Below, one piece after another: positions 1-13,279 of a stretch of DNA of 64,000 nucleotides. This DNA is from Eledone cirrhosa. Its lineage: Eukaryota. The notes under the pieces were generated by a model. It searched no databases. It was not told where the DNA came from and saw only the letters and a list, made by a program, of their open reading frames with translations. The DNA lies in the NCBI GenBank assembly GCA_964016885.1, contig OZ024740.1, positions 137,082,001-137,146,000 of the forward strand. The letters run 5' to 3'. Each line of letters begins with the position of its first letter. Position 1 is the stretch's first letter. The position numbers were made by a program, and so were the translations under genes.

Positions 1-699
1 CAACTCTCTCTTTCTCTTATCCCTTTTCTCTCAATCTCCAATTCCCTCTTTCTCTTCTCACTTTTCTCTCAATCTCCAATCCTCTCTTTCTGTTCTCAGT
101 TTTCCCCCAATCTCCAATTCTCTATTTCTCTTAGCACTTTTCTCTCAATCCCCCATTCTCTCTCTCTCTTATCACTTTTCTCTCAATCTCCAATTCTCTC
201 TTTCTCTTATCACTTTTCTCTCAATCTCCAATTCTCTCTTTCTCTTATTAGTTTTCTCTCAATCTGCAATTCTCTCTTTCTCTTATCACTTTTCTCTCAA
301 TCTCCAATTCTCTCTTTCTCTTCTCACTTTTCCCCTAATCTCCAATTCTCTCTTTCTCTTATCACTTTTCTCTCAATCTCCAATTCTCTGTTTCTCTTAT
401 CACTTTTCTCTCAATCTCCAATTCTCTCTTTCTCTTATCCATTTTCTCTCAATCTGCAATTCTTTCTTTCTTTTCTCACTTTTCCCCCAATCTCCAATTC
501 TCTCTTTCTCTTCACACTTTTCCCCCAATCTCCAATTCTCTCTTTCTCTTCACACTTTTCCCCCAATCTCCAATTCTCTCTTTCTCTTCTCACTTTTCTC
601 TCAATCTCCAATTCTCTCTTTCTCTCATCACTTTTCTCTCAATCTCCAATCCTCTCTTTCTCTTATCACTTTTCTCTCAATCACTTTTCTCTCAATCTC

Positions 700-3040
700 C
701 AATTCTCTCTTTATCTTATCACTTTTCTCTCAATCTCCAATTCTCTCTTTCTCTTATCACTTTTCTCTCAATCTCCAATTCTCTCTTTCTCTTATCACTT
801 TTCTCTCAATCTCTAATTCTCTCTTTCTCTTATCACTTTTCTCTCAATCTCCAATTCTCTCTTTCTCTTATCACTTTTCTCTCAATCAACAATTTTCTCT
901 TTCTCTTATCACTTTTCTCTCAATCTCCAATTCTCTCTTTCTCTTCTCACTTTTCCCCTAATCTCCAATTCTCTCTTTCTCTTATCACTTTTCTCTCAAT
1001 CTCCAATTCTCTCTTTCTCTCATCACTTTTCTCTCAATCTCCAATTCTCTCTTTCTCTCATCACTTTTCTCTCAATCTCCAATTCTCTCTTTCACTTCTC
1101 ACTTTTCTCTCAATCTCCAATTCTCTCTTTCTCTTATCCATTTTATCTCAATCTGCAATTCTCTCTTTCTGTTCTCACTTTTCCCCTAATCTCCAATTCT
1201 CTCTTTCTCTTATCACTTTTCTCTCAATCTCCAATTCTCTCTTTCTCTTATCACTTTTCTCTCAATCTCCAATTCTCTCTTTCTCTTATCACTTTTCTCT
1301 CAATCTCCAATTCTCTCTTTCTCTCATCACTTTTCTCTCAATCTCCAATTCTCTCTTTCTCTTATCCATTTTCTCTCAATCTGCAATTCTCTCTTTCTTT
1401 TCTCACTTTTCCCCCAATCTCCAATTCTCTCTTCCTCTTCACACTTTTCCCCCAATCTCCAATTCTCTCTTTCTCTTATCACTTTTCTCTCAATCTCCAA
1501 TTTTCTCTTTCTCTTCTCACTTTTCTCTCAATCTCCAATTCTCTCTTTCTCTTATCACTTTTCTCTCAATCTCCAATCCTATCTTTCTCTTATCACTTTT
1601 CTCTCAATCACTTTTCTCTCAATCTCCAATTCTCTCTTTCTCTTATCACTTTTCTCTCAATCTCCAATTCTCTCTTTCTCTTATCACTTTACTCTCAATC
1701 TCCAATTCTCTCTTTCTCTTATCACTTTCCTCTCAATCTCCAATTCTTTCTTTCTCTACACACTTTTCCCCCAATCTCCAATTCTCTCTTTCTCTTCACA
1801 CTTTTCCCCCAATCTCCAATTCTCTCTTTCTCTTCTCACTTCTCTCTCAATCTGCAATTCTCTCTTTCTCTTATCACTTTTCTCTCAATCACTTTTCTCT
1901 CAATCTCCAATTCTCTCTTTCTCTTATCACTTTTCTCTCAATCTCCAATTCTCTCTTTCTCTTATCACTTTTCTCTCAATCTCCAATTCTCTCTTTCTCT
2001 TATCACTTTTCTCTCAATCTCTAATTCTCTCTTTCTCTTATCACTTTTCTCTCAATCTCCAATTCTCTCTTTCTCTTATCACTTTTCTCTCAATCTCCAA
2101 TTCTCGCTTTCTCTTCTCACTTTTCCCCTAATCTCCAATTCTCTCTTTCTCTTATCACTTTTCTCTCAATCTCCAATTCTCTCTTTCTCTCATCACTTTT
2201 CTCTCAATCTCCAATTCTCTCTTTCTCTCATCACTTTTCTCTCAATCTCCAATTCTCTCTTTCACTTCTCACTTTTCTCTCAATCTCCAATTCTCTCTTT
2301 CTCTTATCCATTTTCTCTCAATCTGCAATTCTCTCTTTCTGTTCTCACTTTTCCCCTAATCTCCAATTCTCTCTTTCTCTTATCACTTTTCTCTCAATCT
2401 CCAATTCTCTCTTTCTCTTATCACTTTTCTCTCAATCTCCAATTCTCTCTTTCTCTAATCACTTTTCTCTCAATCTCCAATTCTCTCTTTCTCTCATCAC
2501 TTTTCTCTCAATCTCCAATTCTCTCTTTCTCTTATCCATTTTCTCTCAATCTGCAATTCTCTCTTTCTTTTCTCACTTTTCCCCCTATCTCCAATTCTCT
2601 CTTTCTCTTCACACTTTTCCCCCAATCTCCAATTCTCTCTTTCTCTTATCACTTTTCTCTCAATCTCCAATTTTCTCTTTCTCTTCTCACTTTTCTCTCA
2701 ATCTCCAATTCTCTCTTTCTCTTATCACTTTTCTCTCAATCTCCAATCCTATCTTTCTCTTATCACTTTTCTCTCAATCACTTTTCTCTCAATCTCCAAT
2801 TCTCTCTTTCTCTTATCACTTTTCTCTCAATCTCCAATTCTCTCTTTCTCTTATCACTTTTCTCTCAATCTCCAATTCTCGCTTTCTCTTATCACTTTCC
2901 TCTCAATCTCCAATTCTTTCTTTCTCTTCACACTTTTCCCCCAATCTCCAATTCTCTCTTTCTCTTCACACTTTTCCCCCAATCTCCAATTCTCTCTTTC
3001 TCTTCTCACTTTTCTCTCAATCTCCAATTCTCTCTTTCTC
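700..3040. repeat. Tandem duplication of about 1170 bp (30 monomers plus two 15-bp truncated monomers), two slightly diverged copies
   Basis: The rare variant TTCACTTCTC is at 1091 and 2261. The CTCCAATCCTATC block is at 1571 and 2741. Both offsets are 1170 = 30x38+2x15. Confidence 0.8.
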
Positions 3041-5719
3041 TTATCACTTTTCTCTCAATCTCCAATTCTCTCTTTCTCATATCACTTTTCTCTCAAACTC
3101 CAATTCTCTCTTTCTCTCATCACTTTTCTCTCAATCTCCAATTCTCTCTTTCTCTTATCACTTTTCTCTCAATCTCCAACTCTCTCTTTCTCTTATCCCC
3201 TTTCTCTCAATCTCCAATTATCTCTTTCTCTTATCACTTTTCTCTCAATCTCCAATTCTCTCTTTCTCTTCTCACTTTTCCCCCAATCTCCAATTCTCTT
3301 TTTCTCTTTACACTTTTACCCAACCTCCAATTCTCTCTTTCTCTTATCACTTTTCTCTCAATCTCCAATTCTTTCTTTCCCTTCTCACTTTTCTCTCAAT
3401 CTCCAATTCTCTCTTTCTCTTCTCTCTTTTCTCTCAATCTCCCATTCTCTCTCTCTCTTATCACTTTTCTCTCAATCACCAATTCTCTCTTTCTCTTATC
3501 ACTTTTCTCATAATCTCCAATTCTCTCTTTCTCTTATCACTTTTCTGCCAATCTCCAATTCTCTCTTTCTCTTATCACTTTTATCTCAATCTCCCATTCT
3601 CTCTCTCTCTTATCACTTTCTCTCAATCTCCAATTCTCTCTTTCTCTTATCACTTTTCTCTCAATCTCCAATTCTCTCTTTCTCTTATCACTTTTCTCTC
3701 AATCTCTAATTCTCTCTTTCTCTTATCATTTTTCTCTCAATCTCCAATTCTCTCTTTCTCTTATCACTTTTCTCTCAATCAACAATTTTCTCTTTCTCTT
3801 ATCACTTTTCCCCCAATCTCCAATTCTCTCTTTCTCTTATCACTTTTCTCTCAATCTGCAATTCTCTCTTTCTCTTATCACTTTTCTCTCAATCTCCAAT
3901 TCTCTCTTTCTCTTCTCACTTTTCCCCTCATCTCCAATTCTCTCTTTCTCTTATCACTTTTCTCTCAATCTCCAATTCTCTCTTTCTCTCATCACTTTTC
4001 TCTCAATCTCCAATTCTCTCTTTCTCTTATCACTTTTCTCTTAATCTCCAATTCTCTCTTTCTCATCTCACTTTTCCGCCAATCTCCAATTCTCTCTTTC
4101 TCTTCACACTTTTCCCCCAATCTCCAATTCTCTCTTTCTCTTATCACTTTTCTCTCAATCTCCAATTTTCGCTTTCTCTTATCACTTTTCTCTCCATCTC
4201 CAATCTCTCTTTCTCATATCACTTTTCTCTCAATCTCCAATTCTCTCTTTCTCTTATCACTTTTCTCTCAATCTCCAACTCTCTCTTTCTCTTATCCCTT
4301 TTCTCTCAATCTCCAATTCTCTCTTTCTCTTCTCACTTTTCTCTCAATCTCCAATCCTCTCTTTCTGTTCTCAGTTTTCCCCCAATCTCCAATTCTCTAT
4401 TTCTCTTAGCACTTTTCTCTCAATCCCCCATTCTCTCTCTCTCTTATCACTTTTCTCTCAATCTGCAATTCTCTCTTTCTCTTATCACTTTTCTCTCAAT
4501 CTCCAATTCTCTCTTTCTCTTCTCACTGTTCCCCTAATCTCCAATTCTCTCATTCTCTTATCACTTTTCTCTCAATCTCCAATTCTCTCTTTCTCTTATC
4601 ACTTTTCTCTCAATCTCCAATTCTCTCTTTCTCTAATCACTTTTCTCTCAATCTCCAATTCTCTCTTTCTCTTATCCATTTTCTCTCAATCTGCAATTCT
4701 CTCTTTCTTTTCTCACTTTTCCCCCAATCTCCAATTCTCTCGTTCTCTTCACACTTTTCCCCCAATCTCCAATTCTCTCTTTCTCTTCACACTTTTCCCC
4801 CAATCTCCAACTCTCTCTTTCTCTTCTCACTTTTCTCTTAATCTCCAATTCTCTCTTTCTCTTATCACTTTTCTCTCAATCTCCAATCCTCTCTTTCTCT
4901 TATCACTTTTCTCTCAATCACTTTTCTCTCAATCTCCAATTCTCTCTTTCTCTTATCACTTTTCTCTCAATCTCCAATTCTCTCTTTCTCTTGTCCATTT
5001 TCTCTCAATCTGCAATTCTCTCTTTCTGTTCTCACTTTTCGCCTAATCTGCAAATCTCTCTTTCTCTTATCACATTTCTCTCAATCTCCAATTCTCTCTT
5101 TCTCTTATCACTTTTCTCTCAATCTCCAATTCTCTCTTTCTCTTATCACTTTTCTCTCAATCTCCAATTCTCTCTTTCTCTTATCACTTTTCTCTCAATC
5201 TCCAATTCTCTCTTTCCCTTATCCATTTTCTCTCAATCTGCAATTCTCTCTTTCTTTTCTCACTTTTCCCCCAATTTCCAATTCTCTCTTTCTCTTCACA
5301 CTTTTCCCCCAATCTCCAATTCTCTCTTTCTCTTATCACTTTTCTCTCAATCTCCAATTTTCTCTTTCTCTTCTCACTCCTCTCTCAATCTCCAATTCTC
5401 TCTTTCTCTTATCACTTTTCTCTCAATCTCCAATCCTATCTTTCTCTTATCACTTTTCTCTCAATCACTTTTCTCTCAATCTCCAATTCTCTCCTTCTCT
5501 TATCACTTTTCTCTCAATCTCCAATTCTCTCTTTCTCTTATCACTTTTCTCTCAATCTCCAATTCTTTCTTTCTCTTCACACTTTTTCCCCAATCTCCAA
5601 TTCTCTCTTTCTCTTCACACTTTTCCCACAATCTCCAATTCTCTCTTTCTCTTCTCACTTTTCTCTCAATCTCCAATTCTCTCTTTCTCTTATCACTTTT
5701 CTCTCAATCTCCAATTCTC

Positions 5720-6210
5720 TCTTTCTCATATCACTTTTCTCTCAAACTCCAATATTCTCTTTCTCTCATCACTTTTCTCTCAATCTCCAATTGTCTCTTT
5801 CTCTTATCACTTTTCTCTCAATCTCCAACACTCTCTTTCTCTTATCCCCTTTCTCTCAATCTCCATTTCTCTCTTTCTCTTCTCACTTTTCGCCCAATCT
5901 CCAATTCTCTTTTTCTCTTTACACTTTTACCCAACCTCCAATTCTCTCTTTCTCATATCACTTTTCTCTCAAACTCCAATATTCTCTTTCTCTCATCACT
6001 TTTCTCTCAATCTCCAATTCTCTCTTTCTCTTATCACTTTTCTCTCAATCTCCAACTCTCTCTTTCTCTTATCCCCTTTCTCTCAATCTCCAATTATCTC
6101 TTTCTCTTATCACTTTTCTCTCAATCTCCAATTCTCTCTTTCTCTTCTCACTTTTCGCCCAATCTCCAATTCTCTTTTTCTCTTTACACTTTTACCCAAC
6201 CTCCAATTCT
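5720..6210. repeat. Local 6-7 monomer duplication
   Basis: AAACTCCAATATTC has its AATA at 5751 and 5978 (227 bp apart). TTTTCGCCCAAT has its CG at 5891 and 6156 (265 bp apart). The first copy lacks the CAATTATC monomer. Confidence 0.75.
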
Positions 6211-9200
6211 CTCTTTCTCTTATCACTTTTCTCTCAATCTCCAATTCTCTCTTTCCCTTCTCACTTTTCTCTCAATCTCCCATTCTCTCTCTCTCTTATC
6301 ACTTTTCTCTCAATCACCAATTCTCTCTTTCTCTTATCACTTTTCTCATAATCTCCAATTCTCTCTTTCTCTTATCACTTTTCTCTCAATCTCCAATTCT
6401 CTCTTTCTCTTATCACTTTTCTCTCAATCTCCAATTCTCTCTTTCCCTTCTCACTTTTCTCTCAATCTCCCATTCTCTCTCTCTCTTATCACTTTTCTCT
6501 CAATCACCAATTCTCTCTTTCTCTTATCACTTTTCTCATAATCTCCAATTCTCTCTTTCTCTTATCACTTTTCTCTCAATCTCCCATTCTCTCTCTCTCT
6601 TATCACTTTTCTCTCAATCTCCAATTCTCTTTTTCTCTTCTCACTTTTCCCCTAATCTCCAATTCTCTCTTTCTCTTATCACTTTTCTCTCAATCTCCAA
6701 TTCTCTCTTTCTCTTATCACTTTTCTCTCAATCTCCAATTCTCTCTTTCTCTTATCACTTTTCTCTCAATCTCCAATTCTCTCTTTCTCTTATCACTTTT
6801 CCCATAATCTCCAATTCTCTCTTTCTCTTATCACTTTTCTCTCAATCTCCAATTCTCTCTTTCTCTTATCACTTTTCTGCCAATCTCCAATTCTCTCTTT
6901 CTCTTATCACTTTTCTCTCAATCTCCAATTCTCTCTTTCTCTTATCCCTTTTCTCTCAATCTCCAATTCTCTCTTTCTCTTATCACTTTTCTCTCAATCT
7001 CTAATTCTCTCTTTCTCTTATCATTTTTCTCTCAATCTCCAATTCTCTCTTTCTCTTATCACTTTTCTCTCAATCAACAATTTTCTCTTTCTCTTATCAC
7101 TTTTCCTCCAATCTCCAATTCTCTCTTTCTCTTATCACTTTTCTCTCAATCTGCAATTCTCTCTTTCTCTTATCACTTTTCTCTCAATCTCCAATTCTCT
7201 CTTTCTCTTCTCACTTTTCCCCTAATCTCCAATTCTCTCTTTCTCTTATCACTTTTCTCTCAATCTCCAATTCTCTCTTTCTCTCATTACTTTTCTCTCA
7301 ATCTCCAATTCTCTCTTTCTCTTATCACTTTTCTCTCAATCTCCAATTCTCTCTTTCTCTTATCCATTTTCTCTCAATCTGCAATTCTCTCTTTCTTTTC
7401 TCACTTTTCCCCCAATCTCCAATTCTCTCTTTCTCTTCACACTTTTCCCCCAATCTCCAATTCTCTCTTTCTCTTATCACTCTTCTCTCAATCTCCAATT
7501 TTCTCTTTCTCTTATCACTTTTCTCTCCATCTCCAATCTCTCTTTCTCATATCACTTTTCTCTCAAACTCCAATTCTCTCTTGCTCTCATCACTTTTCTC
7601 TCAATCTCCAATTCTCTCTTTCTCTTATCACTTTTCTCTCAATCTCCAACTCTCTCTTTCTCTTATCCCTTTTCTCTCAATCTCCAATTCTCTCTTTCTC
7701 TTCTCACTTTTCTCTCAATCTCCAATCCTCTCTTTCTGTTCTCAGTTTTCCCCCAATCTCCAATTCTCTATTTCTCTTAGCACTTTTCTCTCAATCCCCC
7801 ATTCTCTCTCTCTCTTATCACTTTTCTCTCAATCTCCAATTCTCTCTTTCTCTTATCACTTTTCTCTCAATCTCCAATTCTCTCTTTCTCTTATCACTTT
7901 TCTCTCAATCTCCAATTCTCTCTTTCTCTTATTAGTTTTCTCTCAATCTGCAATTCTCTCTTTCTCTTATCACTTTTCTCTCAATCTCCAATTCTCTCTT
8001 TCTCTTCTCACTTTTCCCCTAATCTCCAATTCTCTCTTTCTCTTATCACTTTTCTCTCAATCTCCAATTCTTTCTTTCTCTTATCACTTTTCTCTCAATC
8101 TCCAATTCTCTCTTTCTCTTATCACTTTTCTCTCAATCTCCAATTCTCTCTTTCTCTTATCCATTTTCTCTCAATCTGCAATTCTCTCTTTCTTTTCTCA
8201 CTTTTCCCCCAATCTCCAATTCTCTCTTTCTCTTCACACTTTTCCCCCAATCTCCAATTCTCTCTTTCTCTTATCCATTTTCTCTCAATCTGCAATTCTC
8301 TCTTTCTTTTCTCACTTTTCCCCCAATCTCCAATTCTCTCTTTCTCTTTTCACTTTTCTCTCAATCTCCAATTCTCTCTTTCTCTTATCACTTTTCTCTC
8401 AATCTCCAATCCTCTCTTTCTCTTATCACTTATCTCTCAATCACTTTTCTCTCAATCTCCAATTCTCTCTTTCTCTTATCACTTTTCTCTCAATCTCCAA
8501 TTCTCTCTTTCTCTTATCACTTTTCTCTCAATCTCCAATTCTCTCTTTCTCTTATCACTTTTCTCTCAATCTCTAATTCTCTCTTTCTCTTATCACTTTT
8601 CTCTCAATCTCCAATTCTCTCTTTCTCTTATCACTTTTCTCTCAATCAACAATTTTCTCTTTCTCTTATCACTTTTCTCTCAATCTCCAATTCTCTCTTT
8701 CTCTTATCACTTTTCTCTCAATCTGCAATTCTCTCTTTCTGTTCTCACTTTTCCCCTAATCTCCAATTCTCTCTTTCTCTTATCACTTTTCTCTCAATCT
8801 CCAATTCTCTCTTTCTCTTATCACTTTTCTCTCAATCTCCAATTCTCTCTTTCTCTTATCCATTTTCTCTCAATCTGCAATTCTCTCTTTCTTTTCTCAC
8901 TTTTCCCCCAATCTCCAATTCTCTCTTTCTCTTCACACTTTTCCCCCAATCTCCAATTCTCTCTTTCTCTTATCACTTTTCTCTCAATCTCCAATTTTCT
9001 CTTTCTCTTCTCACTTTTCTCTCAATCTCCAATTCTCTCTTTCTCTTATCACTTTTCTCTCAATCTCCAATCCTATCTTTCTCTTATCACTTTTCTCTCA
9101 ATCACTTTTCTCTCAATCTCCAATTCTCTCTTTCTCTTATCTTTTTTCTCTCAATCTCCAATTCTCTCTTTCTCTTATCACTTTTCTCTCAATCTCCAAT

Positions 9201-11039
9201 TCTCTCTTTCTCTTATCACTTTCCTCTCAATCTCCAATTCTTTCTTTCTCTTCACACTTTTCCCCCAATCTCCAATTCTCTCTTTCTCTTCACACTTTTC
9301 CCCCAATCTCCAATTCTCTCTTTCTCTTCTCACTTTTCTCTCAATCTCCAATTCTCTCTTTCTCTTATCACTTTTCTCTCAATCTCCAATTCCCTCTTTC
9401 TCTTATCACTTTTCTCTCAATCTCTAATTCTCTCTTTCTCTTATCATTTTTCTCTCAATCTCCAATTCTCTCTTTCTCATATCACTTTTCTCTCAAACTC
9501 CAATTCTCTCTTTCTCTCATCACTTTTCTCTCAATCTCCAATTCTCTCTTTCTCTTATCACTTTTCTCTCAATCTCCAACTCTCTCTTTCTCTTATCCCC
9601 TTTCTCTCAATCTCCAATTATCTCTTTCTCTTATCACTTTTCTCTCAATCTCCAATTCTATCTTTCTCTCATCACTTTTCTCTCAATCTCCAATTCTCTC
9701 TTTCTCTTATCACTTTTCTCTCAATCTCTAATTCTCTCTTTCTCTTATCGTTTTTCTCTCAATCTCCAATTCTCTCTTTCTCTTATCACTTTTCTCTCAA
9801 TCAACAATTTTCTCTTTCTCTTATCACTTTTCCCCCAATCTCCAATTCTTTCTTTCTCTTATCACTTTTCTCTCAATCTGCAATTCTCTCTTTCACTTAT
9901 CACTTTTCTCTCAATCTCCAATTCTCTCTTTCTCTTCTCACTTTTCCCCTAATCTCCAATTCTCTCTTTCTCTTATCACTTTTCTCTCAATCTCCAATTC
10001 TCTCTTTCTCTCATCACTTTTCTCTCAATCTCCAATTCTCTCTTTCTCTTATCACTTTTCTCTCAATCTCCAATTCTCTCTTTCTCTTATCCATTTTCTC
10101 TCAATCTGCAATTCTCTCTTTCTTTTCTCACTTTTCCCCCAATCTCCAATTCTCTCTTTCTCTTCACACTTTTCCCCCAATCTCAAATTCTCTCTTTCTC
10201 TTATCACTTTTCTCTCAATCTCCAATTTTCTCTTTCTCTTATCACTTTTCTCTCCATCTCCAATCTCTCTTTCTCATATCACTTTTCTCTCAAACTCCAA
10301 TTCTCTCTTTCTCTCATCACTTTTCTCTCAATCTCCAATTCTCTCTTTCTCTTATCACTTTTCTCTCAATCTCCAACTCTCTCTTTCTCTTATCCCTTTT
10401 CTCTCTATCTCCAATTCTCTCTTTCTCTTATCCCTTTTCTCTCTATCTCCAATTCTCTATTTCTCTTAGCACTTTTCTCTCAATCCCCCATTCTCTCTCT
10501 CTCTTATCACTTTTCTCTCAATATCCAATTCTCTCTTTCTCTTATCACTTTTCTCTCAATCTCCAATTCTCTCTTTCTCTTATCACTTTTCTCTCAATCT
10601 CCAATTCTCTCTTTCTCTTATTAGTTTTCTCTCAATCTGCAATTCTCTCTTTCTCTTATCACTTTTCTCTCAATCTCCAATTCTCTCTTTCTCTTCTCAC
10701 TTTTCCCCTAATCTCCAATTCTCTCTTTCTCTTATCACTTTTCTCTCAATCCCCAATTCTCTCTTTCTCTTATCACTTTTCTCTCAATCTCCAATTCTCT
10801 CTTTGTCTTATCACTTTTCTCTCAATCTCCAATTCTCTCTTTCTCTTATCTATTTTCTCTCAATCTGCAATTCTCTCTTTCTTTTCTCACTTTTCCCCCA
10901 ATCTCCAATTCTCTCTTTCTCTTCACACTTTTCCCCCAATCTCCAATTCTCTCTTTCTCTTCACACTTTTCCCCCAATCTCCAATTCTCTCTTTCTCTTC
11001 TCACTTTTCTCTCAATCTCCAATTCTCTCTTTCTCTTAT

Positions 11040-12330
11040 CACTTTTCTCTCAATCTCCCATTCTCTCTCTCTCTTATCACTTTTCTCTCAATCACCAATT
11101 CTCTCTTTCTCTTATCACTTTTCTCATAATCTCCAATTCTCTCATTCTCTTATCACTTTTCTCTCAATCTCCAATTCTCTCTTTCTCTTATCACTTGTCC
11201 CCCAATCTACAATTCTCTCTTTCTCTTATCACTTTTCTCTCAATCTCCAATTCTCTCTTTCTCTTATCACTTTTCCCATAATCTCCAATTCTCTCTTTCT
11301 CTTATCACTTTTCTCTCAATCTCCAATTCTCTCTTTCTCTTATCACTTTTCTGCCAATCTCCAATTCTCTCTTTCTCTTATCACTTTTCTCTCAATCTCC
11401 AATTCTCTCTTTCTCTTATCACTTTTCTCTCAATCTCCAATTCTCTCTTTCTCTTATCACTTTTCTCTCAATCTCCAATTCTCTCTTTCTCTTATCACTT
11501 TCCTCTCAATCCCCAATTCTCTCTTTCTCTTATCACTTTTCCCCCAATATCCACTTCTCTCTTTCTCTTATCACTTTTCTCTCAATCTCCAATTCTCTCT
11601 TTCTCTTATCTCTTTTCTCTCAATCTCCAATTCTCTCTTTCTCTTATCACTTTTCTCTCAATCTCCAATTCTCTCTTTCTCTTATCAGTTTTCTCTCAAT
11701 CTGCAATTCTCTCTTTCTCTTATTACTTTTCTCTCAATCTCCAATTCTCTCTTTCTCTTATTACTTTTCTCTCAATCTCCAATTCTCTCTTTCTCTTCTC
11801 ACTTTTCTCTCAATCTCCAATTCTCTCTTTCTCTTATCACTTTTCTCTCAATCTCCAATTCTCTCTTTCTCTTATCCATTTTCTCTCAATCTGCAATTCT
11901 CTCTTTCTTTTCTCACTTTTCCTCCAGTCTCCAATTCTCTCTTTCTCTTCACACTTTTCCCCCAATCTCCAATTCTCTTTCTCGTCACACTTTTCCCCCA
12001 ATCTCCAATTCTCTCTTTCTCTTCTCACTTTTCTCTCAATCTCCAATTCTCTCTTTCTCTTATCACTTTTCTCTTAATCTCCAATCCTCTCTTTCTCTTA
12101 TCACTTTTCTCTCAATCACTTTTCTCTCAATCTCCAATTCTCTCTTTCTCTTATCACTTTTCTCTCAATCTCCAATTCTCTCTTTCTCTTATCACTTTTC
12201 TCTCAATCTCCAATTCTCTCTTTCTCTTATCACTTTCCTCTCAATCTTCAATTCTCTCTTTCTCTTCTCACTTTTCCGCCAATATCCACTTCTCTCTTTC
12301 TCTTATCACTTTTCTCTCAATCTCCAATTC
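11040..12330. repeat. About 1.3 kb block paralogous to about 14.5-15.8 kb and about 25.8-27.1 kb
   Basis: The rare CCTCCAGTCTCC has its A at 11926, 15371 and 26678. Near-identical 69-aa minus-strand ORF-track hits start at 11837, 15282 and 26589 (offsets 3445 and 11307). Confidence 0.8.
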
Positions 12331-13279
12331 TCTCTTTCTCTTATCACTTTTCTCTCAATCTCCAATTCTCTCTTTCTCTTATCACTTGTTCCCCAATCTA
12401 CAATTCTCTCTTTCTCTTATCACTTTTCTCTCAATCTCCAATTCTCTCTTTCTCTTATCACTTTTCCCCCAATCTCTAATTCTCTCTTTCTCTTATTACT
12501 TTTCTCTCAATCTCCAATTCTCTCTTTCTCTTATCACTTTTCCCATAATCTCCAATTCTCTCTTTCTCTTATCACTTTTCTCTCAATCTCCAATTCTCTC
12601 TTTCTCTTCTCACTTTTCCCCTAATCTCCAATTCTCTCTTTCTCTTATCACTTTTCTCTAAATCTCCAATTCTCTCTTTCTCTTCTCACTTTTCCCCTAA
12701 TCTCCAATTCTCTCTTTCTCTTATCACTTTTCTCTCAATCTCCAACTCTCTCTTTCTCTTATCCCTTTTCTCTCAATCTCCAATTCTCTCTTTCTCTTAT
12801 CACTTTTCCCCCAATCTCTAATTCTCTCTTTCTCTTATTACTTTTCTCTCAATCTCCAATTCTCTCTTTCTCTTATCACTTTTCCCATAATCTCCAATTC
12901 TCTCTTTCTCTTATCACTTTTCTCTAAATCTCCAATTCTCTCTTTCTCTTCTCACTTTTCCCCTAATCTCCAATTCTCTCTTTCTCTTATCACTATTCTC
13001 TCAATCTCCAATTCTCTCTTTCTCTCATCACTTTTCTCTCAATCTCCAATTCTCTCTTTCTCTTATCACTTTTCTCTCAATCTCCAATTCTCTCTTTCTG
13101 TTATCACTTTTCTCTGAATCTCCAATTCTCTCTTTCTCTTATCCATTTTCTCTCAATCTGCAATTCTCTCTGTCTTTTCTCACTTTTCCCCCAATCTCCA
13201 ATTCTCTCTTTCTCTTCACACTTTTCCCCCATCTCCAATTCTCTCTTTCTCTTCACACTTTTCCCCCAATCTCCAATTC

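Noticed and set aside
325-345. CCCTAA telomere-like hexamer in the TTTTCCCCTAATC variant
   Set aside because: It is an isolated single hexamer made by one substitution in the CCCCCAAT variant and is never tandem.
480-570. G-quadruplex or i-motif from C5 runs in consecutive variant monomers
   Set aside because: The runs are about 33 nt apart and usually only two or three in a row, which is too sparse for a canonical G4 or i-motif.
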